Both the position numbers and the translations under genes were made by a program. Of a DNA stretch of 64,000 nucleotides, positions 27,900 through 37,299 are shown piece after piece; within the stretch, counting starts at the first letter, position 1, and each line of letters opens with the position of its first letter. The notes under the pieces are model-generated. The model had not been told where the DNA came from. It worked only from the letters and a program-made list of their open reading frames with translations, and did not search any database. The stretch is from Limisphaerales bacterium (GTDB lineage Bacteria > Patescibacteriota > Microgenomatia > UBA1400 > PJMF01). The stretch covers positions 3,829 to 67,828 of the forward strand of contig JBILGT010000004.1 of the NCBI GenBank assembly GCA_044350895.1, in the 5' to 3' direction.

Positions 27900-28802
27900 A
27901 TGCAAAGAAAAATTGGAGCACATGTATCAACCGCTGGTGGACTAGAAAATGGCGTCATTAAAGCGCAGTCAATTGGTTGTAATTGTTTTCAATTATTTTC
28001 TGGTAGTCCACGAATTTGGCAGCGTAAAAAGCTTGCTGAAGTAGAAACTGAAAAATACTTTGCAGAGCGAGAAAAGTGGGGGATAGGTCCAGTTATTACG
28101 CATGCTCTGTACCTCGTCAACCTAGCAAGTGATAAAGCGGAAAATGTACAAAAATCCTTTAATTCTTTGAAATATGAACTGGAATTTGATGCGGCAATTC
28201 AAGGCGGGGGAGTTGTAGTGCATCTGGGCAGTCACCAGGGTAGGGGATGGGCGAGTGCAAAGGATCAAGTTGCGAAAGTCGTGGGTGATCTCCTTCGTGA
28301 AACACCTGAGAATTCTACCTTTTTGATTGAAAATGCCGCCGGTCAGAACGGAAAAGTGGGAGATGATCTGGGAGAGATTAGAGAATTGCTTGAAGTAATT
28401 GAAAAAGATGGTCAGTTTGTTTCCAAAGGGAGAATTGGTTGGTGTTTTGACACCTGTCATGCTCATGCTGCTGGATACTATTTGGGAGAATCTGTTCCTG
28501 AAAACGTAGTGATGGCTGAAAAAATTACTCGGCAGCCACAATCAGCTCTCAAAACAATCTCTGAACAAGGCTTATGGGAAATGCTCAAATGTATTCACGT
28601 CAATGATAGTCGTGATCCATTCGGTAGTGGCAAAGATCGACATGCCAACCTCGGTGATGGTAATATTCCCCAAGAAGATTTACGTCATTTTCTGCACTTT
28701 AGTGAACTAAAGCACATCCCATTAATCCTCGAAGTTCCTGGTTTAGATGGTGAAGGTCCAGATGCAGCTAATGTTGAACGTCTGAAAAAGATTCTTGAGT
28801 AG
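27900..28802 (+). CDS. nfo: Endonuclease IV
   Basis: IGAHVS, HALYLVNL, VHLGS, IENAAG, CFDTCH, HVNDS, DRHAN and ILEVP. Confidence 0.96.
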   Translation: MQRKIGAHVSTAGGLENGVIKAQSIGCNCFQLFSGSPRIWQRKKLAEVETEKYFAEREKWGIGPVITHALYLVNLASDKAENVQKSFNSLKYELEFDAAIQGGGVVVHLGSHQGRGWASAKDQVAKVVGDLLRETPENSTFLIENAAGQNGKVGDDLGEIRELLEVIEKDGQFVSKGRIGWCFDTCHAHAAGYYLGESVPENVVMAEKITRQPQSALKTISEQGLWEMLKCIHVNDSRDPFGSGKDRHANLGDGNIPQEDLRHFLHFSELKHIPLILEVPGLDGEGPDAANVERLKKILE

Positions 28803-30609
28803 CTACTGGTAGTATTGTTTCTTCCAATTCTGACAATTCTTCTGTTTTGTTGTTCAGTTGCAATATGAGAAGGTGTTTCAAAAGCGCGTGGATAGGATTG
28901 GCTGATGGAGAAAGTTCATGTTTGAGAGTTCGCAGCGGCGAGGCCAAATTAACATCTGCAACAAAAATATCATTAAATAAAATTCTTTCAAAAGATGCAC
29001 TTGGAACAAAAATAATCGATAGGAGAGACTGGTACAAATGTCCAATACGAACTTGGTCTGCCTGATTCAAAACTTCGAGGTTCCCAAGATCATCATCTTC
29101 TTTCAGTTTGGATAGAAGGTTATAGTAATCAGCGGCTTGCAGTGCAAATGGATCTTCAGAAAGTGGCAAGCCACACGGTCCCATCACCACTCCATAGTCT
29201 GCATCAAAGTAACATCCCTTACCTGTTAAATATTCAGGCGGGACATACCAGTTTTCACCATTCACAGTGACTTGAACGTATCCTTGCAAATTGCTGAGCA
29301 TTTCACTTTTTTCTTCACCAGATAGTAGCGCAAACGCAGCTCCACCACCTCGAATATCCATTACAGCGGTGCGTGGGATAGTTGGCCTAAATTTAAGCAG
29401 TGAAGTTGGTGTCCCTGTGATACAGTGTGCCCAACTCGCAGCACTTTTGAGCGGTAAAGTGGAACTTAAATTGACGCTTGCAACAAATTTTTTGAGCGCA
29501 GCTTGTTCTTCTTTCTCCAATTTTTCGCCGTTTGATTTTTTAACTTCCAGTTGCCATGCTGTTCTAATCTCTTCAAGATCTATTTGAAAATCCTTTTGCT
29601 TATCGGGGTCATAGTTTAGCGCATGATTTTCTACCCACTTGAGTAGCGTTTTTTTAACTGTGTTGATCAACAAATCAAATGCAACAACTTTTTCAGAATG
29701 TTCACCTGGTTCATGTGCAAGCTGTGTGAATTCTGATAAACAAAATGACAAAACAGTGGCGAGTTGTAGTTGTGCAGCAACTTCTGGAAGATTGGGGAGG
29801 TCTCGATCAATATCACTGCGCCACCTGGCCTTATTCTTATAAATAATTTGTTCGATACGTTCGAGAGCTTGACCAGTTGGGATATGCACCGCAGTGGCAA
29901 TTGTTTGATGGTCAGGATGCACTTCTGTATCAGTGGTAATTCGCTGTAGTCCGCCGCCTGTTTGAGCTGCTACTTCTTTGAGTACAACAGGTAACTGTTT
30001 GTTTGGGTCGTAGCTTCGATACTGCCGGAATAAAAATCCAGTTTCAGTTTTTTCATAAATATTTACAAAGACATAGTTACGCTCATCAAGGCCAGGATAA
30101 AGTTCTTGCTGTGAGCCGCGTGGACTGATAAACATCAAGCGTTCACCAACTTGGACACGATCGCTGCCCATCCAAGCTTCAACATACCTTGCAACTGATT
30201 CTTCAAGTTTTGCGCGCTCAGTGGGCTTGCCATCTTGCTCAAGGCGTTCCACAAAGTTATGAGCAATTTCACTGACTTTCTCCGTATAGCCATTGCGCAT
30301 GCCATGTTGGTCGTACTCATACACTACTGAAGCTCGCAAAAATGCATATTCATCAAAAAAGGAGGTGAGATCGGCTGTGAGTTGATTTGTAACAAGCTGC
30401 TGAGATTCAGCTTCTCGAGAAATATCATATGCTCCAAAGTACCGCTCAGAACCCCAGGTTATAAACTCAGGCTTTTTAAACAACCGTTCAGGCTGCAGCC
30501 CTTGAAGACCTTGGGCAAGAGATTCAAGCCATGAAGGAGTACGAGCTGATAAACGTTCAGCTTTTTCGGGTGGTTTGGAAAATGATTCTGGTGACAAAAA
30601 ACTCCTCAT
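28768..30609 (-). CDS. Hypothetical protein (613 aa) downstream of a cobalamin riboswitch
   Basis: Long soluble ORF. Start placed at ATG 30609 because the upstream extension overlaps the riboswitch. Confidence 0.75.
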   Translation of the reverse strand: MRSFLSPESFSKPPEKAERLSARTPSWLESLAQGLQGLQPERLFKKPEFITWGSERYFGAYDISREAESQQLVTNQLTADLTSFFDEYAFLRASVVYEYDQHGMRNGYTEKVSEIAHNFVERLEQDGKPTERAKLEESVARYVEAWMGSDRVQVGERLMFISPRGSQQELYPGLDERNYVFVNIYEKTETGFLFRQYRSYDPNKQLPVVLKEVAAQTGGGLQRITTDTEVHPDHQTIATAVHIPTGQALERIEQIIYKNKARWRSDIDRDLPNLPEVAAQLQLATVLSFCLSEFTQLAHEPGEHSEKVVAFDLLINTVKKTLLKWVENHALNYDPDKQKDFQIDLEEIRTAWQLEVKKSNGEKLEKEEQAALKKFVASVNLSSTLPLKSAASWAHCITGTPTSLLKFRPTIPRTAVMDIRGGGAAFALLSGEEKSEMLSNLQGYVQVTVNGENWYVPPEYLTGKGCYFDADYGVVMGPCGLPLSEDPFALQAADYYNLLSKLKEDDDLGNLEVLNQADQVRIGHLYQSLLSIIFVPSASFERILFNDIFVADVNLASPLRTLKHELSPSANPIHALLKHLLILQLNNKTEELSELEETILPVATQESFSDVQH

Positions 30610-30695
30610 AGAGAGGAGCACGTGCGTAAGATAAAAATACAGAAAGAATACGCGCGATGCTCGTCGATTCCTGTAAGCATTGAACGCTATACAGA

Positions 30696-30780
30696 GTATT
30701 TTGAAGACCGGACTTATGAAGATGTACTTCACATACCGTTGCGGCACAGTTCCGGAATTTCACCGGATTCCACAAAATAC
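30696..30780 (-). ncRNA. Cobalamin riboswitch (compact, class II-like)
   Basis: Minus strand GGAA-UCCGG-UGAAAUU-CCGGA-A-CUGUGCCGCAACGGUA...AAGUCCGGUC with a closing stem GUAUUUUG/CAAAAUAC; T-loop and B12-box pattern. Confidence 0.85.
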
Positions 30781-30957
30781 GTATCATTCTTATAGCAAGT
30801 TGCGAGAGTGTTGTGAAGAGAGAATTTTACTGAGTTCTTATTTAGTTATTATTTTTCATATTTTTTTGCTCGGCAATTAAGTAAAAAAATTGATTAATCA
30901 AAGTAAATATAATTCAAATACCGCTTGTGCTATAATGACTTTTCGATCAACTGAACT

Positions 30958-32556
30958 ATGCTATTACGAGTTTTATTTTCAGCAGTCGTACTGACTTGCA
31001 TCTACAATGTAACGGTGTCCGGAGCTGCTCCTGGACTAGGTCTCAGTCTTTTCATTATCGCTACCAATCTCTATTTATTTATACTGAGAAATTCCAAAAG
31101 TCATTCTGTAAAACTGGGCATTACTGCATCCCTTGTCAGTAGCACTTTTGCATTTTTATTTGTGACTCGTGCTAACTCAATTGTTGCAGTAATCAACTTG
31201 GTAAGCTCAATATTTGCGTTGGGTGTTGCGGGGTATTTTTTCAAATCAGAAGAGAAGTTTTCATACTCAGAAAAGATCATTTTTTTCCCACTCATTTTCT
31301 TGGGCCGATCACTTGCCGCAATTGGTGATGTGTTTAAAATTGGTCAAGAAAGTTTGACTGGTGACGTAAAAATAAACAAAATAGGTAAATCAGTCTTTCG
31401 TGGTTTGCTTGGTGCTATTCCACTCGTTTTAATTTTATTAGTAATTCTGACCGCAGCCGATCCTATTTTTAATTCGTTTGTAAAAGACCTTTTCTCTAAT
31501 ATCGGTACACGCACACTTATATCAATCGTTGTTTTTATTGCGGCAATCTTAGTGGGATTTGCCAAAATAATTCACTCTGAGTGGCAAGAAGTTATGCAGT
31601 TGCCAAAGCATAAGGAAAATGCAGTTGAATACAGTGTAATAACAGCAAGTATCGGTTTAATTTTTGCAGTATTCATTATTATCCAAGTTCAATATCTGTT
31701 TAATTCAGTGGGCGAGCGTGAACTAGCTGCATTGCATATTTCAAGTGAGACATATTCAGAATATGTTCGCAAAGGTTTTTTTGAGCTGCTTGTAGCGGCA
31801 GGTGTTGCAGGAGCTGTTCTTGTTGCTGTTATACGATATTTGCAGGATAGTGTTGAAACAACTCAGACAAAGGTAGTTCAGTGGGTAGGCGCTGTGGTCA
31901 GTTTAGAAACGATGATCATACTTGCATCCGCAGCCAAGCGCTTATTACTCTATGCAGATGCGCACGGACTTACTCGTGCTCGAATCTTTGGCGCAATCTT
32001 CTTGGTTTGGATGGCTGTAACTCTAGGCCTTTTCATTATAAAGTTGCTTACCAAAATCAGTAAAAAAGAATTCTTCGTTTCACTTGTTGGAGTAATCATT
32101 ATCAGTATTTATGCGATTTCATTTATTAACATCGACCGACTAATTGCAATTGATTTCCAACCCACGGTCAATAAAGAGGTTGACTATTTTTATATTTCAC
32201 GACTTTCTCCAGATGCGGTTGACGGCTGGGAAGCAGCGATATCAGATGCTGAGCGCACAATTGTTGATCTTGAAAGCAAAGCCTTAATTACATCGGATGA
32301 TAATAGAAAACTGTACTACGTTCACTACACACTTGAAGCTATTAATGATCACATGCAGTACCTGGCAAGTGCAAGAACTTGGAAATCAAAAAATTTTGGT
32401 GAAGAGTTTGCTCTCAATAGAATTAAAAATAATAAAGATTTTGAAAAAGTGGCTTTTTTGAAAGACCGGGTCAGACTTCTGGAAGAACGAGTGTCTGACG
32501 AAGCAAAAAATAGCACACAAATTGACCGCGCCACACAACATCCACTGAGTGAGTAA
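30958..32556 (+). CDS. DUF4153/DUF4173-like polytopic membrane protein
   Basis: LTAADPIF, QVQYLF, YSEYVRKGFFEL, RLLLYADAHGLTRARI and LSPDA. Confidence 0.85.
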   Translation: MLLRVLFSAVVLTCIYNVTVSGAAPGLGLSLFIIATNLYLFILRNSKSHSVKLGITASLVSSTFAFLFVTRANSIVAVINLVSSIFALGVAGYFFKSEEKFSYSEKIIFFPLIFLGRSLAAIGDVFKIGQESLTGDVKINKIGKSVFRGLLGAIPLVLILLVILTAADPIFNSFVKDLFSNIGTRTLISIVVFIAAILVGFAKIIHSEWQEVMQLPKHKENAVEYSVITASIGLIFAVFIIIQVQYLFNSVGERELAALHISSETYSEYVRKGFFELLVAAGVAGAVLVAVIRYLQDSVETTQTKVVQWVGAVVSLETMIILASAAKRLLLYADAHGLTRARIFGAIFLVWMAVTLGLFIIKLLTKISKKEFFVSLVGVIIISIYAISFINIDRLIAIDFQPTVNKEVDYFYISRLSPDAVDGWEAAISDAERTIVDLESKALITSDDNRKLYYVHYTLEAINDHMQYLASARTWKSKNFGEEFALNRIKNNKDFEKVAFLKDRVRLLEERVSDEAKNSTQIDRATQHPLSE

Positions 32557-32589
32557 ACTTCCTCCAAGTAAATACGATACAATACAGCT

Positions 32590-33498
32590 ATGGTTATTTT
32601 TGATGGAATTACTACTGCAGCCGTGCGTGAAAAACTTGTAAAGACTGAAGTGGAGTCCCTAGCAGCATCAGGGATACACATTGCGATTGGAGCAATAGTT
32701 TTTCGTGAAGATGCGGGCAGTCAGCTATACACGCGTCTCAAAAGTGAAGCCGCAGCTCGAGTGGGTATTCAATATATTCCACAGCAATTTTCGATAACTG
32801 ATTCAATTGACTTGATTGGTCAGCAGATTACCTCATTTAATAGTGATAATAGAATCACCGGTATTATTATTCAAAAACCGACTAAGCGAATTTGGCATAG
32901 TGCTCAACACCAGCAAGGTATAGCTGAATCTGAACTTGACCAGCGTGCATATGATGCGTGGTGGAAAAGTTTGACTGCCGCAATTGATCCTCAAAAAGAT
33001 GTCGATGGACTGCACCCAGATACCTTACTAGCCATTGCAGATGGTACTTGGGAAAGAGGAAGACACGTACTTCCCGCCACCTGTCAGGCAGTTGTTGATA
33101 TTCTTGAAGAGCACTGCAAAACGCTTCAGCAAACTAAAGTGATCATTATTGGTAAATCAGATTTGCTCGGGACACCTCTAGCATATTACTTAAAAAATAG
33201 GGGAGTCACTGCCGAATTACTTCGTCGCGTAGATCTTGAAGAGCGCATGAAAAATGGTAGTAAGCTGCTTGACGCAGACGTCGTTGTTTCCGCAACTGGA
33301 GTAGAAAACCTGGTAAATGGAGATATGATCAAAGATGGAGTAATAATTATTGATGTCGGTGAACCGCGACCAGATGTTAATCAAAAAAGTGTCAGTGCTT
33401 TAGCCAGTTTCATTACGCCAGTTCCTGGTGGTGTTGGCCCCATGACAGTAGTGAGTTTGTTAGCCAATGCTGTCAAGCTTGCTCAACACAATCTCTAG
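32590..33498 (+). CDS. folD: Methylenetetrahydrofolate dehydrogenase/cyclohydrolase
   Basis: Y..LK, GIIIQKP, KDVDGLHP, PAT, GKSDLLGTP and TPVPGGVGPMTV. Confidence 0.95.
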   Translation: MVIFDGITTAAVREKLVKTEVESLAASGIHIAIGAIVFREDAGSQLYTRLKSEAAARVGIQYIPQQFSITDSIDLIGQQITSFNSDNRITGIIIQKPTKRIWHSAQHQQGIAESELDQRAYDAWWKSLTAAIDPQKDVDGLHPDTLLAIADGTWERGRHVLPATCQAVVDILEEHCKTLQQTKVIIIGKSDLLGTPLAYYLKNRGVTAELLRRVDLEERMKNGSKLLDADVVVSATGVENLVNGDMIKDGVIIIDVGEPRPDVNQKSVSALASFITPVPGGVGPMTVVSLLANAVKLAQHNL

Positions 33499-33513
33499 AC
33501 TGCTTTTAATTTC

Positions 33514-33637
33514 TAGACACTTGAGTAAAATGTGCTATACTACGAACTTCAGTAGTAAAAATACGCGGTTAGACAGTATTGTCCTGAGCTAAAATGTCTA
33601 GCAGCGCTCTCGAAAACCGAGAAAATAAGGACCATGT
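33514..33637 (+). promoter_or_regulatory. rpsB promoter and structured leader
   Basis: TAGACA-16 nt-TATACT with extended TG; hairpins GTTAGACA/TGTCTAGC and TCTCG/CGAGA before an AAGGA RBS. rpsB leaders are S2-autoregulated in other bacteria. Confidence 0.55.
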
Positions 33638-34357
33638 ATGTTAGATATCACACAACTTCCTAGTAAAGCTCCAGAATACGACTTGCAAGAGTTACTCGAA
33701 GCAGGCTCACATTTTGGTCATCAGGTTGCCAAATGGCACCCACGCATGAAGAACTTCATCTATATGGAAAAAGATGGCGTTCATATTTTTGACCTTGCAA
33801 AAACTTCAGCTCAACTCCAGCTTGCTTACAACGCAGCATATGAGCTCGGTAAATCAGGTAAAACTCTGATTATGGTGGGAACCAAGCGTCAAGCTAAAGA
33901 AGTACTTGAAGAAGTCGGTACAGCACAAAAAGTTCCTTTTATCACATCTCGTTGGCTCGGTGGATTATTAACCAATTGGGATCAGGTCCGCAAATCACTC
34001 AAGAGAATGATTGATATTGAAGAAGGTTTGAAAACAGATAAATTCAAAGCATATACAAAATTTGAGCGCAACCAACTTGAAAAAGAGTTGACTCGTCTCA
34101 AACGCTTCTTTGAAGGTATCCGTTCATTAAATAACCGTCCAGACGCATTATTTATTATTGATATCAACAGAGAAAAAATTGCTATTAAAGAAGCTGCAAA
34201 TATGGGAACTTTCACCATTGCACTGACCGACTCAAATGCAAATCCAGATTTGGTCGACATTGCGATTCCAGCCAACGATGATGGACGCAAGAGTATTGAA
34301 TACGTAGTTAACGCAGTTGTTGCAGGCTATGTTGCAGGTAAGAACGATAAAGAATAA
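33638..34357 (+). CDS. rpsB: 30S ribosomal protein S2
   Basis: LLEAGSHFGH, WHPRM, VGTKRQA, RWLGGLLTN and PANDD. Confidence 0.98.
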   Translation: MLDITQLPSKAPEYDLQELLEAGSHFGHQVAKWHPRMKNFIYMEKDGVHIFDLAKTSAQLQLAYNAAYELGKSGKTLIMVGTKRQAKEVLEEVGTAQKVPFITSRWLGGLLTNWDQVRKSLKRMIDIEEGLKTDKFKAYTKFERNQLEKELTRLKRFFEGIRSLNNRPDALFIIDINREKIAIKEAANMGTFTIALTDSNANPDLVDIAIPANDDGRKSIEYVVNAVVAGYVAGKNDKE

Positions 34358-34366
34358 AAGGAATAC

Positions 34367-34825
34367 ATGTCATTTTCAGCATCAGACGTAAAAGCACTTC
34401 GTGAAAAAACAGGCGCTGCAATCATGGATTGCAAAAAAGCACTTGAAGAAGCACAAGGCGACATGAATAAAGCAGAAGAGCTTGTCAAAGCTCGTGGACT
34501 TGCTAAAGCAGAGAAGAAGGCAGATCGAGAAACCAAAGAGGGCTATATTGCTAGTTACGTTCACGCAACTGGAAAAGTAGCAGCTATGGTAGAAATTTTG
34601 TGTGAAACCGACTTTGTTGGTCGCAACCCAGAATTTCAAGATATGGCCAAACAAGTCGCAATGCAAGTTGTTGCTATGAATCCTCAAAACGTCGAAGAAC
34701 TCTTAGCCCAAGAGTACTTACGCGACGCAAGTGTGACCATTGAACAATTAGTGAAACAATTAAGTGGTAAGATCGGTGAGCGCTTTGTCGTCAATCGATT
34801 TGTTCGCTACGCTGTTGGCGACTAA
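34367..34825 (+). CDS. tsf: Elongation factor Ts (short form)
   Basis: VKALREKTGAAIMDCKKAL, CETDFV and KIGERFVVNRFVR; follows rpsB. Confidence 0.96.
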   Translation: MSFSASDVKALREKTGAAIMDCKKALEEAQGDMNKAEELVKARGLAKAEKKADRETKEGYIASYVHATGKVAAMVEILCETDFVGRNPEFQDMAKQVAMQVVAMNPQNVEELLAQEYLRDASVTIEQLVKQLSGKIGERFVVNRFVRYAVGD

Positions 34826-34837
34826 CTCTAAAAAATT

Positions 34838-34987
34838 ATGTATTCTGTAAGTGTCTTACTTGGCATTTTTGTAAGCTGCGTTGGCCTGCTCTTATTCTTC
34901 GCAACAAAAAAGAAGAAGCTCTGCATTCCGATGGTAGCAGGTGGACTACTTCTTGCCGCTACTGTGATGGTAATTGCCTTCTCATAA
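34838..34987 (+). CDS. Small 49-aa two-TM protein (not in the ORF track)
   Basis: MYSVSVLLGIFVSCVGLLLFFATKKKKLCIPMVAGGLLLAATVMVIAFS*; fills the tsf-queA gap. Confidence 0.6.
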   Translation: MYSVSVLLGIFVSCVGLLLFFATKKKKLCIPMVAGGLLLAATVMVIAFS

Positions 34988-34993
34988 TTTCTC

Positions 34994-36091
34994 TTATTGA
35001 ATCAACATTGCATCCCCAAACGAAAAGAATCGATATTGTTGTGCTATAGCCTCTGAGTATGCTTTTCCCACACAACTTTCTGAAAATGTAGTAAATGAAT
35101 GCTCTGTATTTGGTTGAGAAACAAATGCACTTATAAGCATCAACAGTGTGCTTTCAGGTAAGTGAAAGTTGGTTATGAGTGCGTCAACACACGCAAATTT
35201 TCTGGGTGGATAGATAAAGATACTGGTGTCTGCACTTTGTGGTGTAAGAGTGACAGTGCCATCATTACCAATTGTTGCGCACGATTCAAGGACGCGGCAG
35301 GTTGTCGTTCCTACTGCAATAATTCTACGTCCCGTTCGTTTGGCATCTGTAATGAGTGCTGCAGTTTCTGGTGAAAGAGTGAAGTGCTCCGCGTGCATAC
35401 TGTGTTCACTCACTGCTTCAGTTTTGACCGGTAAAAAAGTTCCCAAACCTACATGCAGCGTTACTTCTGCGATTCCAATTCCTGCCGCGTGCAGTTCCTC
35501 GTCCAATTGTGGCGTGAAGTGTAGTCCCGCTGTGGGGGCGGCAACCGATCCAGGATCTCGTGCATACGTTGTTTGATACTGCTGCTCAGTCACAGAATCA
35601 GTGGCATTTTTTTCAATGTATGGTGGCAGTGGAGTTTCTCCAATCTCATCAATGAGCGCATAGAGTTCGGTCAGTGGCACCCGAAACGCAATGTGGCGTG
35701 TGTAGCCATCGTCACTGTGACCAATGCACTGGGCAGTCAGTTTTCCATTCCCGAAAGTAAGTTCTTGTCCGACAGCTATACCTGGCCTTACTATGCACTC
35801 CCAAACGCATTGATCAATAAATACTTCTTTTAATTTATTGAGTAAAATTTCAATGCGACCACCTGTTGGGTGCTTATACCCAAAGAGTCTTGCCTTGATG
35901 ACCTTGGAATTATTGCGCACAAGGATGTCTCCTTTTCGTAAAAAAGACGGTAAAACCCGAAAGTTTGTGTGTGTCATTTCTTCGGTAGTTCGGTTGAGTA
36001 CTAACAAGCGACTCGCGTCCCGTGGTTCCATTGGAGTCTGAGCAATGAGCTCAGGTGGCAGTTGATAGGTAAAGTCATTTTTGGTTAGCAT
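34994..36091 (-). CDS. queA: SAM:tRNA ribosyltransferase-isomerase
   Basis: LPPELIAQ, PLPPYI, YQT, AAPTAGLHF, HVGLGTF, NFHLPES and FSFGD. Confidence 0.97.
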   Translation of the reverse strand: MLTKNDFTYQLPPELIAQTPMEPRDASRLLVLNRTTEEMTHTNFRVLPSFLRKGDILVRNNSKVIKARLFGYKHPTGGRIEILLNKLKEVFIDQCVWECIVRPGIAVGQELTFGNGKLTAQCIGHSDDGYTRHIAFRVPLTELYALIDEIGETPLPPYIEKNATDSVTEQQYQTTYARDPGSVAAPTAGLHFTPQLDEELHAAGIGIAEVTLHVGLGTFLPVKTEAVSEHSMHAEHFTLSPETAALITDAKRTGRRIIAVGTTTCRVLESCATIGNDGTVTLTPQSADTSIFIYPPRKFACVDALITNFHLPESTLLMLISAFVSQPNTEHSFTTFSESCVGKAYSEAIAQQYRFFSFGDAMLIQ

Positions 36092-36115
36092 GCCTGTATA
36101 ATACAATATCTTGTT

Positions 36116-37291
36116 ATGACAGAAAAATTTTCTTTTGAACTGCAATCACAAAAAGGCACTGCTCGGGCAGGAGTGATGCATACGCCGCATGGAAGTATTC
36201 AGACTCCTATTTATATGACGGTCGGAACCTTGGGGACAGTCAAGTCTCTCGATAGTGAAGACATTGCTGAGCTCGGGGCTCAGATACTTCTAGGAAACAC
36301 CTACCATCTGTATTTACGACCTGGTACGCAAGTCCTGGAAGAACAGGGTGGACTGCACGGTTTTATGAATTGGCACAAACCAATCCTCACTGACTCAGGT
36401 GGATTCCAAGTCATGTCACTCGGTAAAAATGCACCAGAACGACTCGATACTCAAAAAGCTGGTCTCACAAATGTAAGTGATGATGGTGTGAATTTTCAAT
36501 CACATATCGATGGTTTGTATCATTTTTTTACTCCAGAGCGCGCGATTGAAATTCAACGAGCGATTGGCTCAGATATTATGATGACCTTTGATGAAGCACT
36601 TGCAGATTCGCTTCCATTGGAAGCTGCCCAAGTTTCAGTGGAACGAACGCACCGATGGGCCCAACAGTGTTATGAATACTGGGAGTTCCATAAGCGTCGC
36701 AACATATATGGAAAGTACCAAGCATTGTTTGGCATTATCCAAGGTGGACTATTTCCAGAACTCAGAAAGAAGTCGGCAGAGTTCATTACCAGTTTGCCGT
36801 TTGATGGCATTGCTGTAGGCGGAGAAACAGTGGGCTATAACATGAGTGGAACACAGCAGGTGATGGAGTGGATTGAGCCGCTTTTGCCAGCTGAGAAGCC
36901 TCGCTATGCCATGGGTTTGGGAAGAGATCCACAAGACATTGTAGATGCTGTGCTCATGGGCTTTGACATGTTTGATTGTGTCGGTCCCACACGGCTAGCA
37001 CGCAATGGCACTTTATATGTAGGTGAACTTGATTATTCAGGCGAGAAACCACGATTTATTTCTCCATTCCCAAAGGGAAGATTACAGATCGGTAATGCTG
37101 ACTCACGTCATAGTAGCGAGCCAATTCAAGCTGGCTGTGGCTGCCATACTTGTAAGAGCGGATATACACGTGCATACTTGCATCATCTATTTAGAACTAA
37201 AGAATTAAGTTACTACCGCTTGGCTAGTATTCATAATGTGTACACCATGATAAAAATTAGCCAAGATTTACGTAACTGGATTCTCAAGTAA
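36116..37291 (+). CDS. tgt: tRNA-guanine transglycosylase
   Basis: GNTYHL, TDSGGFQ, IIQGG, DMFDCV and C-x-C-x2-C...H zinc site. Confidence 0.96.
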   Translation: MTEKFSFELQSQKGTARAGVMHTPHGSIQTPIYMTVGTLGTVKSLDSEDIAELGAQILLGNTYHLYLRPGTQVLEEQGGLHGFMNWHKPILTDSGGFQVMSLGKNAPERLDTQKAGLTNVSDDGVNFQSHIDGLYHFFTPERAIEIQRAIGSDIMMTFDEALADSLPLEAAQVSVERTHRWAQQCYEYWEFHKRRNIYGKYQALFGIIQGGLFPELRKKSAEFITSLPFDGIAVGGETVGYNMSGTQQVMEWIEPLLPAEKPRYAMGLGRDPQDIVDAVLMGFDMFDCVGPTRLARNGTLYVGELDYSGEKPRFISPFPKGRLQIGNADSRHSSEPIQAGCGCHTCKSGYTRAYLHHLFRTKELSYYRLASIHNVYTMIKISQDLRNWILK

Positions 37292-37299
37292 TACGTCCT

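Noticed and set aside
28768-30609. B12-regulated ORF as QueH, the B12-independent epoxyqueuosine reductase, given the nearby que genes
   Set aside because: It lacks the CCxxC-type cysteine motif and is about three times too long.
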